64,000 nt of DNA from Sphagnum compactum (Eukaryota). The position numbers were made by a program, and so were the translations under genes. This document shows positions 26,407-38,934 of the stretch, piece by piece. Location: positions 16,916,213-16,980,212 of the forward strand of contig OZ234493.1 in the NCBI GenBank assembly GCA_965153455.1, read 5' to 3'. The notes under the pieces were generated by a model. It had not been told where the DNA came from. It made no database searches and saw only the letters and a list, made by a program, of their open reading frames with translations. The first letter of the stretch is position 1; each line of letters opens with the position of its first letter.

Positions 26407-27485
26407 AAGGTTAAGGTTTATGTCTAAGGTTTTAGGTTTAATGTTTAGGTCATATACAAACCCAATTGTTTAGGATTTTAAGTTTAGGTTTAGGGTTGTG
26501 CATAAAATTTTAAGGTTTTGGTTTTTTCGAAAGGTGGTTAAACTGATTTGCAATAAAATCATGCATGTTTTCAAATTAAAATGGAATGGGGCATTGGAGG
26601 ATTGAAATCCAAGTGGAGAAGGCTAATGAAATGTTTTGAGTCAATAAAGGAAAAGTATAATCATTTGTTTATGACTACTACATTATTGATTAACCTTTTA
26701 CACGTGCATTGCCAAGATTTCACAATTGAAATTTTTGGCAAACACCATAATGACTTAACAAAACATGGTTGGGATGGTGACTATTGACTAAAGGTTTAAC
26801 AAATCCTTGACCCTAGCCTTGAATTTTGCATTTGTAATGATTTCATACTCTCTAATAGCCCTCAAATTGGCTATTTTGAATGCATATTTTTTCTGCCTTA
26901 ACATCTACCTTTGCCCTTAACAAAGTTTTTCATCCCTCCACACTGGCTTCTAATTTGTTGGCGATAGTGGCAAGGCTCTTTGATTATGGTTACAACATCT
27001 CCGATGTGGTCATTGGCCTTTCAATTGATGTGCTTTTAGATGTGGTAGGACGTATAGATGATGACCATGTTATCTCACTTGATGTATGGTTAAGAGTAGG
27101 GTTAAGAAAGGAGTGATGAGATGGACCAATTGTACCTTCCATCAAATTCTACTACCTTTTCAATACATTCCATGTTGCAGGTCCATCAATTGATTTGAGT
27201 TGTGCCAAAACCTAATCATTTTGCAAATAACCATTTATGCACCTTCTTCATTAGTTGTGCATGTCTTTAGCTCTTTCAATGTATCTCATAGTTTATCTTT
27301 TAAGCTCACTTCTTGGAAAGAAAAATTATGGAATTCCAACATGTAATTTGCATAGACGACCTTCCAAACTTGGCTAGGTACAAATTGTGTCACATTTTTA
27401 AAAATCTCAATTATAAAACATAGAGTGACGGTTGTAGGAGCTAGTTAGGTACCTCAAATGAAAATAATCCACAATGCACCTAGGG

Positions 27486-28303
27486 TGTCGCAACCCCACT
27501 TTGGGCAAAGTGTGAGGATACAACTCACGCTCCCAAAGTTGGGGACTTGGAGTCCTCCGGGACTCCTGAAAACTTGGAGTTCGATTATAGGGGTCAAAAC
27601 ACCTTGCACTGAGGAGTTATTTATATCAATGGAAAGGTCTTGAAGTGTAGATGTCGAAAATGGCCTCGCATGAGCCATTTGGACATTTGCAGCCCAAGTT
27701 ATGGGCAAAAGAAAGGCCGGGAGTCAAACTGGCAGTTTGACTTCCGACCACTAAAAGTCGGGAATTGACTTGATTCCGGTGTGTGCAGGTAAAGTGCAAC
27801 ACACCATTGGAAAGATCTCAAGGAGAGATACAACTTTGGTTTAGACCTCACTTCAATCGAAGGTCGGAGCCGGGAGATATTTGCTCCCACAGTCCCGGGA
27901 GTCCAAACCGGGACAATTTTGGGACTCCTCCTTGGGAATCCCGGGAAAAAGTGCCATTCGGACGTAGCCTCGATAGAAAGCTGCAGAGAATACTATATGG
28001 GGGAAGGTGGTGGCTTCCCCCGAGTCCGGGCCGTGGTGAGTCAAGTGAGTCCAAGGTTGCCCGTGGCTTGTCCTAGCACCAAAGTGATCCAGAAAGTGGT
28101 ATAACCAACTTGTGGTTGGTTTTGATGCAGATTTGAGTAGGTGAAAAGCTTCTCACTCTTCTTAGTCCACCCCGAGGCTTCAGCACGACCCTCTACCCCT
28201 CTTAATGCTGAAGGCTAGGAGCGTGCCCCGAGTCTTTCCCTTTTCCGCAACTTGAAACAAGTTAACCCAACTTGGGGCTAACTAGGGACTTGGGAGCGCG
28301 TCA
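27486..28303 (+). mobile_element. Solo LTR (TGTCGCAACC...GCGTCA family)
   Basis: TG...CA termini with perfect 5-bp TSD TAGGG/TAGGG; homologous to 40883-41356, 46937-47711 and 47712-48620. Confidence 0.9.
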
Positions 28304-29209
28304 TAGGGGCTTTGTCTTTATGAGGTGCCTTTGTGGGCCTTTTACTAGTTAGTATTTCATAATCATTTTGTTGGGTCATGAGTGGGTCAAGGTCAAATCC
28401 CTCCACACTTAGTTGACCTTGAAATGTGCTTAAATCAATGGAAATAGTTAACATAATTTGTAGCTTTATACAAAGGAAAAATATTTAGGGTTTGACAAAA
28501 ATTGAAAGAGACCAAGTTTAGGGTTAAGGTTTTGAAACCAAAATTTATAGCTGCCAACAAGCATAAAAATGTGTTACATAAGTAAAAAAACATAAACAAA
28601 AAACATATAGTCCAAAATATACATAAAATAAAACAAAGGAAAAGGTTTTAGGGTTTGGTAGCTTCAAGATTTTGCAAAAACTAAAAGAGACCAGGTTTAA
28701 GGTTAATCAATTGAGACTAAAATCTATAGTTGCCAACATGCAAATATAGGATGTCTTATCGAATTAAAAGGACAAAGACAGAAAGTCATATAACCAAAAT
28801 TATACATAAAAGAAAACAAAGGATAGGGGTTGAAGGTTTGATGACTTTAAGGTTTGACAACAACTTAATGAAGTGAGGTTTAGGGTTTACATTTTGAGAC
28901 CAGATTTGTAGCTTTAGGGTTTGACAAAAAATGAAAGAGATAAGGTTTAGGGTAGTGATTTTGAAAGTAAGTTTGTAGTTGCCAATAGGCATAGAAAGGA
29001 TGTGTGACAAAATTACAAAAATGAAAAAACGAAATTTTATTTCCATTCAACGTTGTAAAGAATTTATGCCCGTTTAAAACTAGAAAATTATAATTCAACA
29101 CATGGATGTAGCAAGGAGGTTATTCCACATTATATAGAGTACATCCAAAGAATCACTTTTTGCATCATAAATGTGGGAATAAACTAGATCAATTGGATCC
29201 AAACACATC

Positions 29210-29455
29210 TTCAAAGGTTGAAGCTCAACAATTCAAAGCACATTTGGAATGATTGCCTTAGGGTACCACTAGTGGCAAGGTGTTGGAAGTAGGACCTATG
29301 GTTAATTCTCACTACCTCCAATGCATTCCAAGGAAGGCTCTTGCCTACAATTGTTACCCATGCCTTATTCACTCAATGAAAATGCCAAAGCATTGAAGGC
29401 ATCAAGGGCAATCGGGTGAAAATGTGTTGCATAACAATAAAATCTAGGAGAGATA
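29210..29455 (-). pseudogene. F-box-like gene fragment
   Basis: Translates SLLDFIVMQHIFTRLPLMPSMLWHFH*VNKAWVTIV..., matching the LP-----IF-RLP----L----V-K-W F-box pattern, with an in-frame stop. Confidence 0.5.
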
Positions 29456-31008
29456 CTAGAAGAAAAAGGGCAAAATGTAACCAATTGATTTATGACTATG
29501 TGCGACTAAGTGTCACATACAACTAACCCCAGTAAGTTTTGCAATTATTTTTTTAAATTGATACATTTGGGTAACTTTTACAACTAATCTACAACTTATG
29601 ATTTGTAGCAATATTTTCATCCTAGATGGGTGGTGTATGGCCCATTAGTTGCAAAAGTAACCAAAAATTGGTAGCACTCATAAGCTTAATGGGCAAAAAC
29701 CCAATCAAAGGAGCCACCCAAGTGAGTGGACATTCCTTAAAACCGCATGTTTGAAAGATCACAAGTGAAACATAATAGTTTGGATTGTCATAATTTTTTT
29801 CGGAATATTTTCTATTAATTGCAAAGTTTACATGCTCAAATTTTGACACAAATCAAAAATGTTTTAGCATGTTCAAAGCACTCAAACCTTTGTTTTTTTC
29901 AAATGTTTTTGTTTTTTGCCAAATGTCCACCACTCCTTCTGAAAATTAAAGAGGATCTTAACATTAACAACTAAAAGGGAAAAAGGATTTGAACTAATGA
30001 AAATTATTTATGCCTCCTACACAAATGTGCCAATGATGTGGCACCTATGTGGCACTTACATGGTAGTTAATAACACATTGGGAACGTACATTCCTTTGTT
30101 TTGGAACTTTCCATGTTCTCACATGGGAACATGAGGAATGTGGGGAACCTGTGAACAGGCAAAATGAGGGGAATGGGGGAATGTGCAAACATACAAATAG
30201 TTCAGAACATTTTGGGGACATGGGAAATGAGAACTGAACAAACTAAAACATATTGGGCACATGGGAAAATCACATATTTATCCAACCTAGACAAACTAGG
30301 CCCATGTTCAAACCATGGTTAGTTGGGTGTAACCGCTAGTTCCTAGCTCATTAACAATTCAAAATCAAAGAATCACCAGTTGCAGTCATTTCAAAATCCT
30401 CAAATCCTGTCTAGTTTGCAATAAAGAATTGGCAATTTTTGTACCAAATTTTTGGCCACATTAAATGTTTTTATCAACAATTATTCAAAACCAAGTCCAT
30501 CATTTTTCTTCTTCTAATTGCATTTCAAATACCTTGCCAAACGGTGGTTTAGAATTAAAGGTATAGGAGAAAGGTCTGAAAATAGACCCTTCCAGATTTG
30601 AAATTTCAACCCTAAAAGCTAATAGGCCAAGGGAATGAGTCAAAAATCTGGAAGGGTCTTTTTTTCAGACCTTCACCTACATAAAGGCCAGCTTGATTTT
30701 TCTTTCTCCTTCCTTTTACAAATTCAGATATATTTTTTTAAATGGAACAAGATGTAGATAAGTAAAAGATAAAGGAATGAGTTTGAAAACTTACCTTCCA
30801 AAATGTGGAAGGTCCAGTACATTTCAAAAGGTACAATGCAAAATTCAGGGCAGTGAGTGTCCTGAAAATACAAAAGAAAAAATCAAGCTGAAATTTACGG
30901 AACAACAAAGGGATGGTTCATGGAACTTGCAGGAATAATTTCAAGTAAACTTGCAAATACATTTTAAATGATAATGCTCATGGTACAAACTATTTAAAAA
31001 GGTGATAA

Positions 31009-31245
31009 CAATGTTTTTTGTTCAATTCGCGATGTTGCTCAAGTGGTGACAGTCAATAAATATATATAATAAAATTTGGAAATATTCAAAATTTGAAAGT
31101 ATAAAATATTAAATCACCCTTTCACATATTGTAGGCACTTATGGTGACTTTTTGTGATTTTTTTTAAAATGAGAGAATTCTTAATAGATTTTTTTTTGAA
31201 AATGTTTTTCACAAAATGGAAAAAATAAACCCAAAAAAATCATTG
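31009..31245. mobile_element. hAT-type MITE
   Basis: CAATGTTTTTT ... AAAAAAATCATTG termini with 8-bp TSD GGTGATAA / GGTGGTAA. Confidence 0.75.
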
Positions 31246-32941
31246 GGTGGTAAGTTAGAATTTCACTTGCACGAAATTATATCTTGCAAAACCAACTATT
31301 TTTCCCAAATAACTATTACTTTTTGCAACTAATGATTTGCCTACCAGGACACTGAAGATTTGAAACATGGGAAACAATTTTCAACTAATAATCTAAATAG
31401 AAGCATGTGCATTTCATAACATGAAATCATGATGAATAAAAATTATAAACATAAAATTATCATCACATTATTAAAAAACACAAATAGGCATCGACATGAT
31501 AAAAAATTATTCATAACATGATATCATAGGTAAACATAAATTGCCATGTGACATGATCTTTGACATCACAAGTTGTTGCGTATCATTTTGGTGGGTATCA
31601 ACTAGTTTCAAGATTTTAAAATTGTAGGTGGATCACCCATCTCACAAATAATAGATAATTTTTTTAATAAATTAAAATATGGAATCTACATTAATGAAAA
31701 TTGAAATGATTTCATGGAAACCTATAGGATCAAAGAATTTATTTTAATATTTTAGAATTTAAAAAAGAATGAAAATATATTAATATTTCACTCTTATATC
31801 AATTTGATAATCATTGGTAGCATAAAATAATGCAAAGTTAAAATAAATTAATTTTAATGATGACAGTTCATTAAAGTTACCCTATTAGATACCCTAATTT
31901 TGGCAAGACAACCTTAGATTTCATAAGTTGTGATTCTAGAGGTTGTCATTTCAACTATTCCAAATTGGAATATGTTTAGCTTATTCTCAAGTAAAGAAGC
32001 ATAGAAGAAATCTTTTTGGCTTTGTGCTTTTTCAAAAGTGTTTTTTTCAACATCATGCTCATCAACAAATTTTCAATACCTTTTCCACCAACATGCATCC
32101 CATTTTTAAAAATTGAATTAAGTTCAGTTTTAATCTAATTTATTGAATTGAATTAAAATTAAAATTAAAATTCATTGAAATTTCAATTCAATGAATTTGA
32201 ATTAAATTTTTTAATTCAATTAATTTAAATTTTTTGAATCCAATTCAATTCAAGTTGTATGCAATGTCATTGGATATTTTGATTCAAATGGAACTTACTT
32301 TCCACAAAATCAAAATTTTAATTTATCAATCGATCATCCCTAGTAAAACACAACAATGTGGAGGCCAAGTTAATAATAATGCATTTTTTGTTGCATTTGT
32401 TGGCCTTGCCTACCAATGCAAGGATATTATGTTTAGATTCATTATAGAATATAGTAGTTTGATCATCATATGGAAAAAAAACTCGAGGCTTCAAGACCTG
32501 GGGTGTTTGTTGCGTGGGCAAGGAGAAACTCAAAGGCCTTGCGCCCCCGATTCTTGAACATTTGAACAAAAGAAACCCAAGGCTTGCAAGCTTCGGGTGC
32601 TTTTTGTTTTCTCAAGAAGAAAATTGGGGGTGCAAGGCCCCCAGTTGCTTAAGGAAAAGAAGAAAACAAAATCCTAGGGCTTGAGACCCCAAGTGCTTTT
32701 GAAAGTTTGGGAAAAACTTTCAAAAGCTTAAAAGAAAAGTTTTTTACACCCTAAAAAAAACTTAAAAAAAGTTTCTAACACCTCAAGAAAGTAAATAAGA
32801 AAGAAACACAAAGGTTAAGGGAAGAAGAAACTTACCTCTTCATTAGAGTGTGTTTGGTTTGGGGAAGCCTCTTCTTACAAAATGCAAAACACATTCATTT
32901 ATACATCACAAAACCCTAAAGGAGTTCGTTTTGGGAACATG

Positions 32942-34837
32942 TGTCATGGCCTAGGATATTTTGGGATACTTTTGACAATGTCATGTCCTAAGATATTTTG
33001 GGATACTTTTGGCAATATCATGGCCTAGGATACTTTTAGATACTTTTGGCAATATCATGGCCTAGGAAATTTTGGGATTAGTATGGCTCAGGGTTATAAA
33101 AGGAGATAGTCTGGGGAACAACCCTTCAGCAGATCAACACCAGTTGATGGGTCAATAAAGCTTGTCTTGTCTTGTAATTCTCCACTTGTTTGTAATCGGT
33201 CCATAACAGTTTGATCTGCTCCTTCTTCTTGTTTGTTTGTTTTGTTGTTTCAGTAAGTAACTAGAGGTATCTTGGAGTGAAACTTGGAAAGGTTATAGAA
33301 GACTATAGGACGCTTCTACTCTCAAAGTTTCAAAAGAAAAGGATATATTTTGTGAGAGTTAAGAGCTTTTGAAAACTTTGTGCCAGATCTGGTTTTTTGG
33401 TCATATCTCCTTTGTTTAAGCTTTTTTGGGCTTGTAACTTTGTGATCTTATAGATCATATAAGAATATATGTGTGAGAGAAATTTCATGTCATTTGGCCT
33501 TGTATTGAGAGAGATCCAAGCATCTGAAGTTTCAAGTGTAGATCTGGTTTTTTGGTGATATCTCCTTTGTTTAAGCTTTTTTGGGTCTGTAACTTTGTGA
33601 TCTTATAGATCATGTAGGAATATATGTGTGAGAGAAATTTCATGTCATTTGGACTTGTATTGAGAGAGATCCAAGCATCTGAAGTTTCAAGTGCAGATCT
33701 GGTTTTTTGGTCATATCTCCTTTGTTTAAGCTTTTTTGGGTCTGTAACTTTGTGATCTTATAGATCATATAGGAATATATGTGTGAGAGAAATTTCATGT
33801 CATTTGGACTTGTATTGAGAGAGATCCAAGCATCTGAAGTTTCAAGTGCAGATCTGATTTTTTGGTCATATCTCCTTTGTTTAAGTTTTTTTGGGTCTGT
33901 AACTTTGTGATCTTATAGATCATGTAGGAACATATGTGTGAGAGAAATTTCATGTCATTTGGACTTGTATTGAGAGAGATCCAAGCATCTGAAGTTTCAA
34001 GTTTGAAGATTGAAAGCGCAAAAGTGTGAGAACTACCACCATGGACAACTCAGAATCAAACATCGATCTCACTCAAATCCTCGCCGCCCTTCAGCACCTT
34101 CAACAAGAAAATGTCGTGCTTAGAGACTCGGTGACCCGCCTCCAAAATCAGCCACCACCTCCTGCCCCAGTACTTCCTGCTCTTGCAATGGCCGCCCCAG
34201 AACCCAAGATCAATCTGCCAGAAAAGTTTGATGGAACGCGCCTCAAATTTTGAGGCTTTGTCAGCCAGGTACGCCTGATCATGCAACTACACCCCCGTCA
34301 TTATTTTGATGACACCACTCGTGTAGGATTCGTTGGAACCCTACTCACTGGGATAGCAGCAGCATGGTTTGCTCCCATCCTGGAAACATCATCCCCTCTC
34401 CTACAAGATTTCAACGCCTTTATGGCGGAATTTGAAGCAGTATTTGGGGACAGTGACAAGGCCAGGACTTCAGCCAACAAGTTGCGTCGCCTCCAGCAAG
34501 GGACACGTTCGGCCATCGTTTACGCCTTAGAATTCAGGCAGTTTGCCTGCGACGTCAATTGGGGAGAAGCTGCCTTGATTGATCAGTTTCGCTGTGGGTT
34601 TCGTGATGATGTTCAAGATCTTTTGTTGACACTCGCAGACCCTTCTTCCTTCAGTGAAGCCATCACCCATGCAATTCGGTGCGATAATCGTCTGTTCGAA
34701 CGTCGCTAGGAAAAGAAAGTCACCTCCAACGCCCAGCTTTGGAACAATCGGCCTACTACGCTCCCCTTAGTTCCCTAAACAACACCAGTTGCGCAACCTG
34801 CCTCTTTTGGACCTGCTCCGATGCAGATCGACACATC
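32942..34837 (+). mobile_element. Inverted partial copy of the chromovirus (5' LTR 32942-33208, 5' UTR, truncated gag)
   Basis: Near-identical reverse complement of about 38990-40882; gag ORF translations are identical, including the same premature stops. Confidence 0.95.
33385..34002 (+). repeat. 4 x 155-bp tandem repeat in the retrotransposon 5' UTR (mirror at about 39824-40441)
   Basis: AGATCTG unit starts at 33385, 33540, 33695 and 33850. Confidence 0.95.
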
Positions 34838-35104
34838 TGTTATGGACCGACTACAAACAAGTGGAGAATTACAAGACAAGACAAGCTTTATTGACTCATC
34901 AACTGGTGTTGATCTGCTGAAGGGTTGTTCCCCAGACTATCTCCTTTTATAACCCTGAGCCATACTAGTCCCAAAATATCCTAGGCCATGATATTGCCGA
35001 AAGTATCCCAAAATATCCTAGGCCATGATATTGCCAAAAGTAACCCAAAATATCCTAGGACATGACATTGTCAAAAGTATCCCAAAATAGCCTAGGCCAT
35101 GACA

Positions 35105-38100
35105 TTATCCTCTCCTCAAGCGACATCTTCCAGATGGAGCCGGTTTGTTAGGATACCGTTGGTGAAACCGATTAACTAAGTCTTGGGCATGAACTAGGTT
35201 TCCAACAGGCTCCCAAGTAGCTTCAGAAGGAGGATAACCTCCCCAAGAGACAAGGTACAGGAGCTTTCCACGAATCTTCTTGGAATCCAAGACCTCCTGA
35301 ACTTCAAACTCTTCTTGGCCTTCAATTTCGATTGGAGCTGGAGGTTCTTGATGACGTTTTGGGATCGAGTTTTCATGATAGGGTTCAAGCAGGGAGACAT
35401 GGAAAACATTGTGGATTTTGAATTGGGGTGGAAGCTCCAACTGGCAAGCCACTAGACCAACCAATTTGGCGATTTTGAAAGGTCCGAGGCGCTTGTAATC
35501 CAACTTGGCACATGGGCGAGTGGTAGCAATGTTCTTTCTGAGAAGCCAGACCTTGTCTCCAACCTTGAAGTTTGGATGGTCCTTGCGTCGGCGGTCTGCT
35601 TGCTTCTTTTGCCACTCCTGTGTTAGCTTGAGTTCTGCCATAAGGTTTTGTTGAACCTGTCCAAGCCTCGTGGCCCTTTCTTCAGCCGAGGGGTTTACGG
35701 AGTCTCCAGGAATTTCAAGGCTGAACCTGGGATGAAAACCGTAATTGGCAAAGAATGGAGTAATCCCGGTCGATGCATGTGTTGTGTTATTATAAGCAAA
35801 CTCTGCTTGAGATAGTAAGTCCAGCCAGTCGTCCTGTTGGTAGTTCACAGTGCAGCGAAGGTATTGTTCGAGTGTCTGGTTTGTCCATCTGTCTCAGGGT
35901 GGAAAGCTGAAGATAGCCGAATGTCAACTCCAAGAAGCTCAAATAAACGATGCCAGAACTTGGATGCAAACTGAGGACCTCTGTCGGACACAATTTCCTT
36001 GGGGAGTCCATGCAGTTGGACGATCCCGTCCAGAATTAACTAAGCTGTCTCTTCTGCCATGATTGACTTGGAACAAGGGGTGAAATGGGCCATTTTGGTG
36101 AATCGATCGACCACAACCAGTATTGAATTCTTGGTTCTAACAGTAGGGAGGTCCGTGATGAAGTCCATTGCAATAGATCCCCAAGGTCGGCTAGGAATCG
36201 ACAGAGGCTGTAGGAGTCCAAACGGGCGATGCCTGGGAGCCTTGGATCAAGCACATGTATCACAAGACTTGACATACTCTCGTAGCATCTTGTTCATTTT
36301 GGGCCACCAGTAAGTCCTTGACACTAGTTCGTGAGTCCGTGCCATTCCAAAGTAACCCGCCAGGGTGTTGTCGTGGCATTCTCTCAGGATTTTTAGGCGT
36401 ATAGGTCCTTCGGGTACATAAATTAGGTTATTTCGAAGGAGAAGTTCGTCTTGCTGCTCAAACTGATCCAAGCCATCATGATTTGGGTTTCTTGGTCATT
36501 CCTGGAGTTCCTTCTTGATGTTGGTAGCCCAGGTGTCTTCCTCAGTTGCCATTTTGATGTCCTTGACAAGGTATGAGTCTGGGAGGGTGCTGATTGTTGC
36601 TGCAACTCGAAATTGCTCGGGGTTGAGTAAAGTCTGGTTCTGCTGGCCGTAGGCCTCATCCCTCGCTCGAAGTTCATATTCTGAACGACGAGATAACGCG
36701 TTAGCTTTCCCTTGTTGGGTGCCGGGTTGATACTGAATCTCAAAGTCGAAATCAGCTAGGAAGATAGACCAGCGTGCATGGCGACGATTTAAGATCCGAG
36801 TAGTTGTGAAATAAAGGAGATTCTTGTGATCTGTCAAAACTTGGACTCGATGTTGAGCTCTAGCAAGATACGGTGTCCACTGCTCGAATGCCGTGATGAT
36901 TGCCAGGAGTTCCTTATCGTAGACCTGATAGTTGATTTCGGCACTGGTTAACTTCCGTGAATAGAAAGCAACTGGATGCACCAACCCATCTATTCCAAGT
37001 TGAGATAGAATAGCTCCCAAGGCAAAATCTGAAGCGTCCGTTTCCACAATGAATGGCTTGGCAGGATCGGGATGTATCAGGATGGGTGCAGAGGTGAATG
37101 CCATCTTGAGAGTATCAAAAGCAGCCTGAGCCGTTAGATTCCACGAGAAGGGCTTGTCTTTGCAAGTCAGGGTTATTAACGGTGTTGTGATCTTGGAGTA
37201 GCCTTTGATAAACCGACGATAGAAGTTGGCAAACCTTAGGAAGCGTTGAACGTCCTTGACCGAGGATGGAGTAGCCCAACATTGGATGATCTCGACCTTT
37301 GACTTGTCCATGAAAATGCCATCTGGAGAGATCACGTAGCCAAAGAACGCCACTGAAGATTTGTCGAATTCACATTTTTCCAACTTGGCGTATAAGCCAT
37401 GCTCCCGGAGCGTCGCAAGCACCAATCGTACATGTTTGTCATGGGTTTCCTGGTCCTTGGAAAAGATTAAAATGTCATCCAAATAGACCACGACAAATTC
37501 GTCCATGTAATCCCGGAAGATATCATTCATCAGATGCTGAAAGACTGCGGGTGCATTGGTGAGGCCGAAGGGCATGACCGTGTATTCGAAGTGGCCGTAG
37601 CGTGTGCGGAAAGCTGTCTTCCATTCATCACCGGGGCGAATCCTGAGTAAGTTGTAGGCTCCACGGAGGTCAAGCTTGGTGAAGATCTTTCCGGTACGTA
37701 GTCGATCTAGGAGACTTGAAATCAAAGGCAAGGGATATCGATTCTTTTTGGTTATTTTGTTGAGTCCACGATAATCCACACAGAGTCGAAGGGAGCCATC
37801 CTTCTTCTTAACAAACAAAATTGGGGCGCCGGCTGGAGACTTGGAATGCTGAATGAACCCCTTGGCAAGATTTTCAGTAAGGTAATCACGCAGGGCTTGG
37901 AGTTCCGGTTCCGATAGGCCATAGATAGGACCAAAAGGTGGTGAGTGTCCTTCTTCTAGATCAATCGGGCAGTCATATGGACTATGGGCGAGGAGCTGAT
38001 CAACATTCATCTTTTCAAAAACATCAACAAAGTCCTTGTACTTCTCGGGGAGTTTGACAGGTGTTGGTTCTGATTGGGGGTTTGTGGTGTTGGCTGGGTT

Positions 38101-38934
38101 GACATGGATGGCGAAGACTTGAAGATTCTTAGCAGCCCGATAGAAAGGGACAGCTCTATCAACGAAGATCTGGACAGGGTTGGTTTTTTAGGCAAGATTC
38201 TTGACAGGACAAGGTTTAATTCTGACCAACCGGGGGTTCTTGACTGCAGGACTTGACATAACAGACTTGATAAAACTGAAATTGGTTCCGACCCTCTTTG
38301 GGTTCTCGACCACAGGGTTCTCGGCAGGACTAAACAAAGTGTTTTTCTGAGCGTGGGGTTCTTGAGAGGTGCACCGTTGTGCGCTAAAGGTGAGGGTTCT
38401 AGATCGCCAATCAATGATAGGGTTGTGTGCTTCTAGCCAAGGCAGACCAAGGATGATGGGATGGTGAGGGGTGGAGATGATGTTGAGAACAATCTTCTCC
38501 GTGTGCTTGCCGATACAAAGTTCTAGAGGGGTTGTCTCGTGTGTGATTGCACCAGAAGTAATGGTTCTCCCATCAATAACCTCTACCGGAACAGGGGTTG
38601 ATTTCTTGACCACAGGGATGTTGTGTTGGACGACAAATGTTTGGTCGATGAAAGAAGAGGTGGCGCCGGAATCCACCAAAGCTGACAGTTGTGCTATGTC
38701 TTCTGGAATACGAATGATGTCCACATACTGAGTGAAACTGGGACTGGGACCAACAGCAGAACAGGAGCCTTTGCAAAGGTGGTGTTGGGTGAGATCCAGT
38801 CGCACGGCTCCTACTATGACTGGATGTTCTTGTTTTCCAACTCTTGGGGAGTTTCCACAGCTTGTACTTGAAGTTTGACAAGCTTTTGAGGGCACTGACG
38901 AGCTATATGCCCTGGGTTGCCATAGTAAAGACAT
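35105..38934 (-). pseudogene. pol: pol: protease, RT, RNase H, integrase and chromodomain, broken by frameshifts
   Basis: LVDSGAT, YLDDILI, ETDASD, integrase fragments, GPF motif, FEVQEVLDSKKIRGKLLYLVSWGGY...TWEP chromodomain; split over several ORFs. Confidence 0.93.

Larger units (their letters stand above)
23930..26787 (+). pseudogene. PIF/Harbinger (HARBI1-like DDE) transposase relic interrupted by a probable intron
   Basis: GYIGFIDGTLIKI (about 24295-24333), YPRSYHD, YLLGDPSY, YNKMH, then EWGIGGLKSKWRRL at 26584 onward; multiple stops. Confidence 0.8.

Noticed and set aside
26870-27480. Harbinger Myb-like second ORF on the minus strand
   Set aside because: The position fits but I could not recover a recognisable motif.
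27454-28104. Cluster of short overlapping ORFs (also 47451-48630)
   Set aside because: They lie within GC-richer solo LTRs and are chance ORFs.
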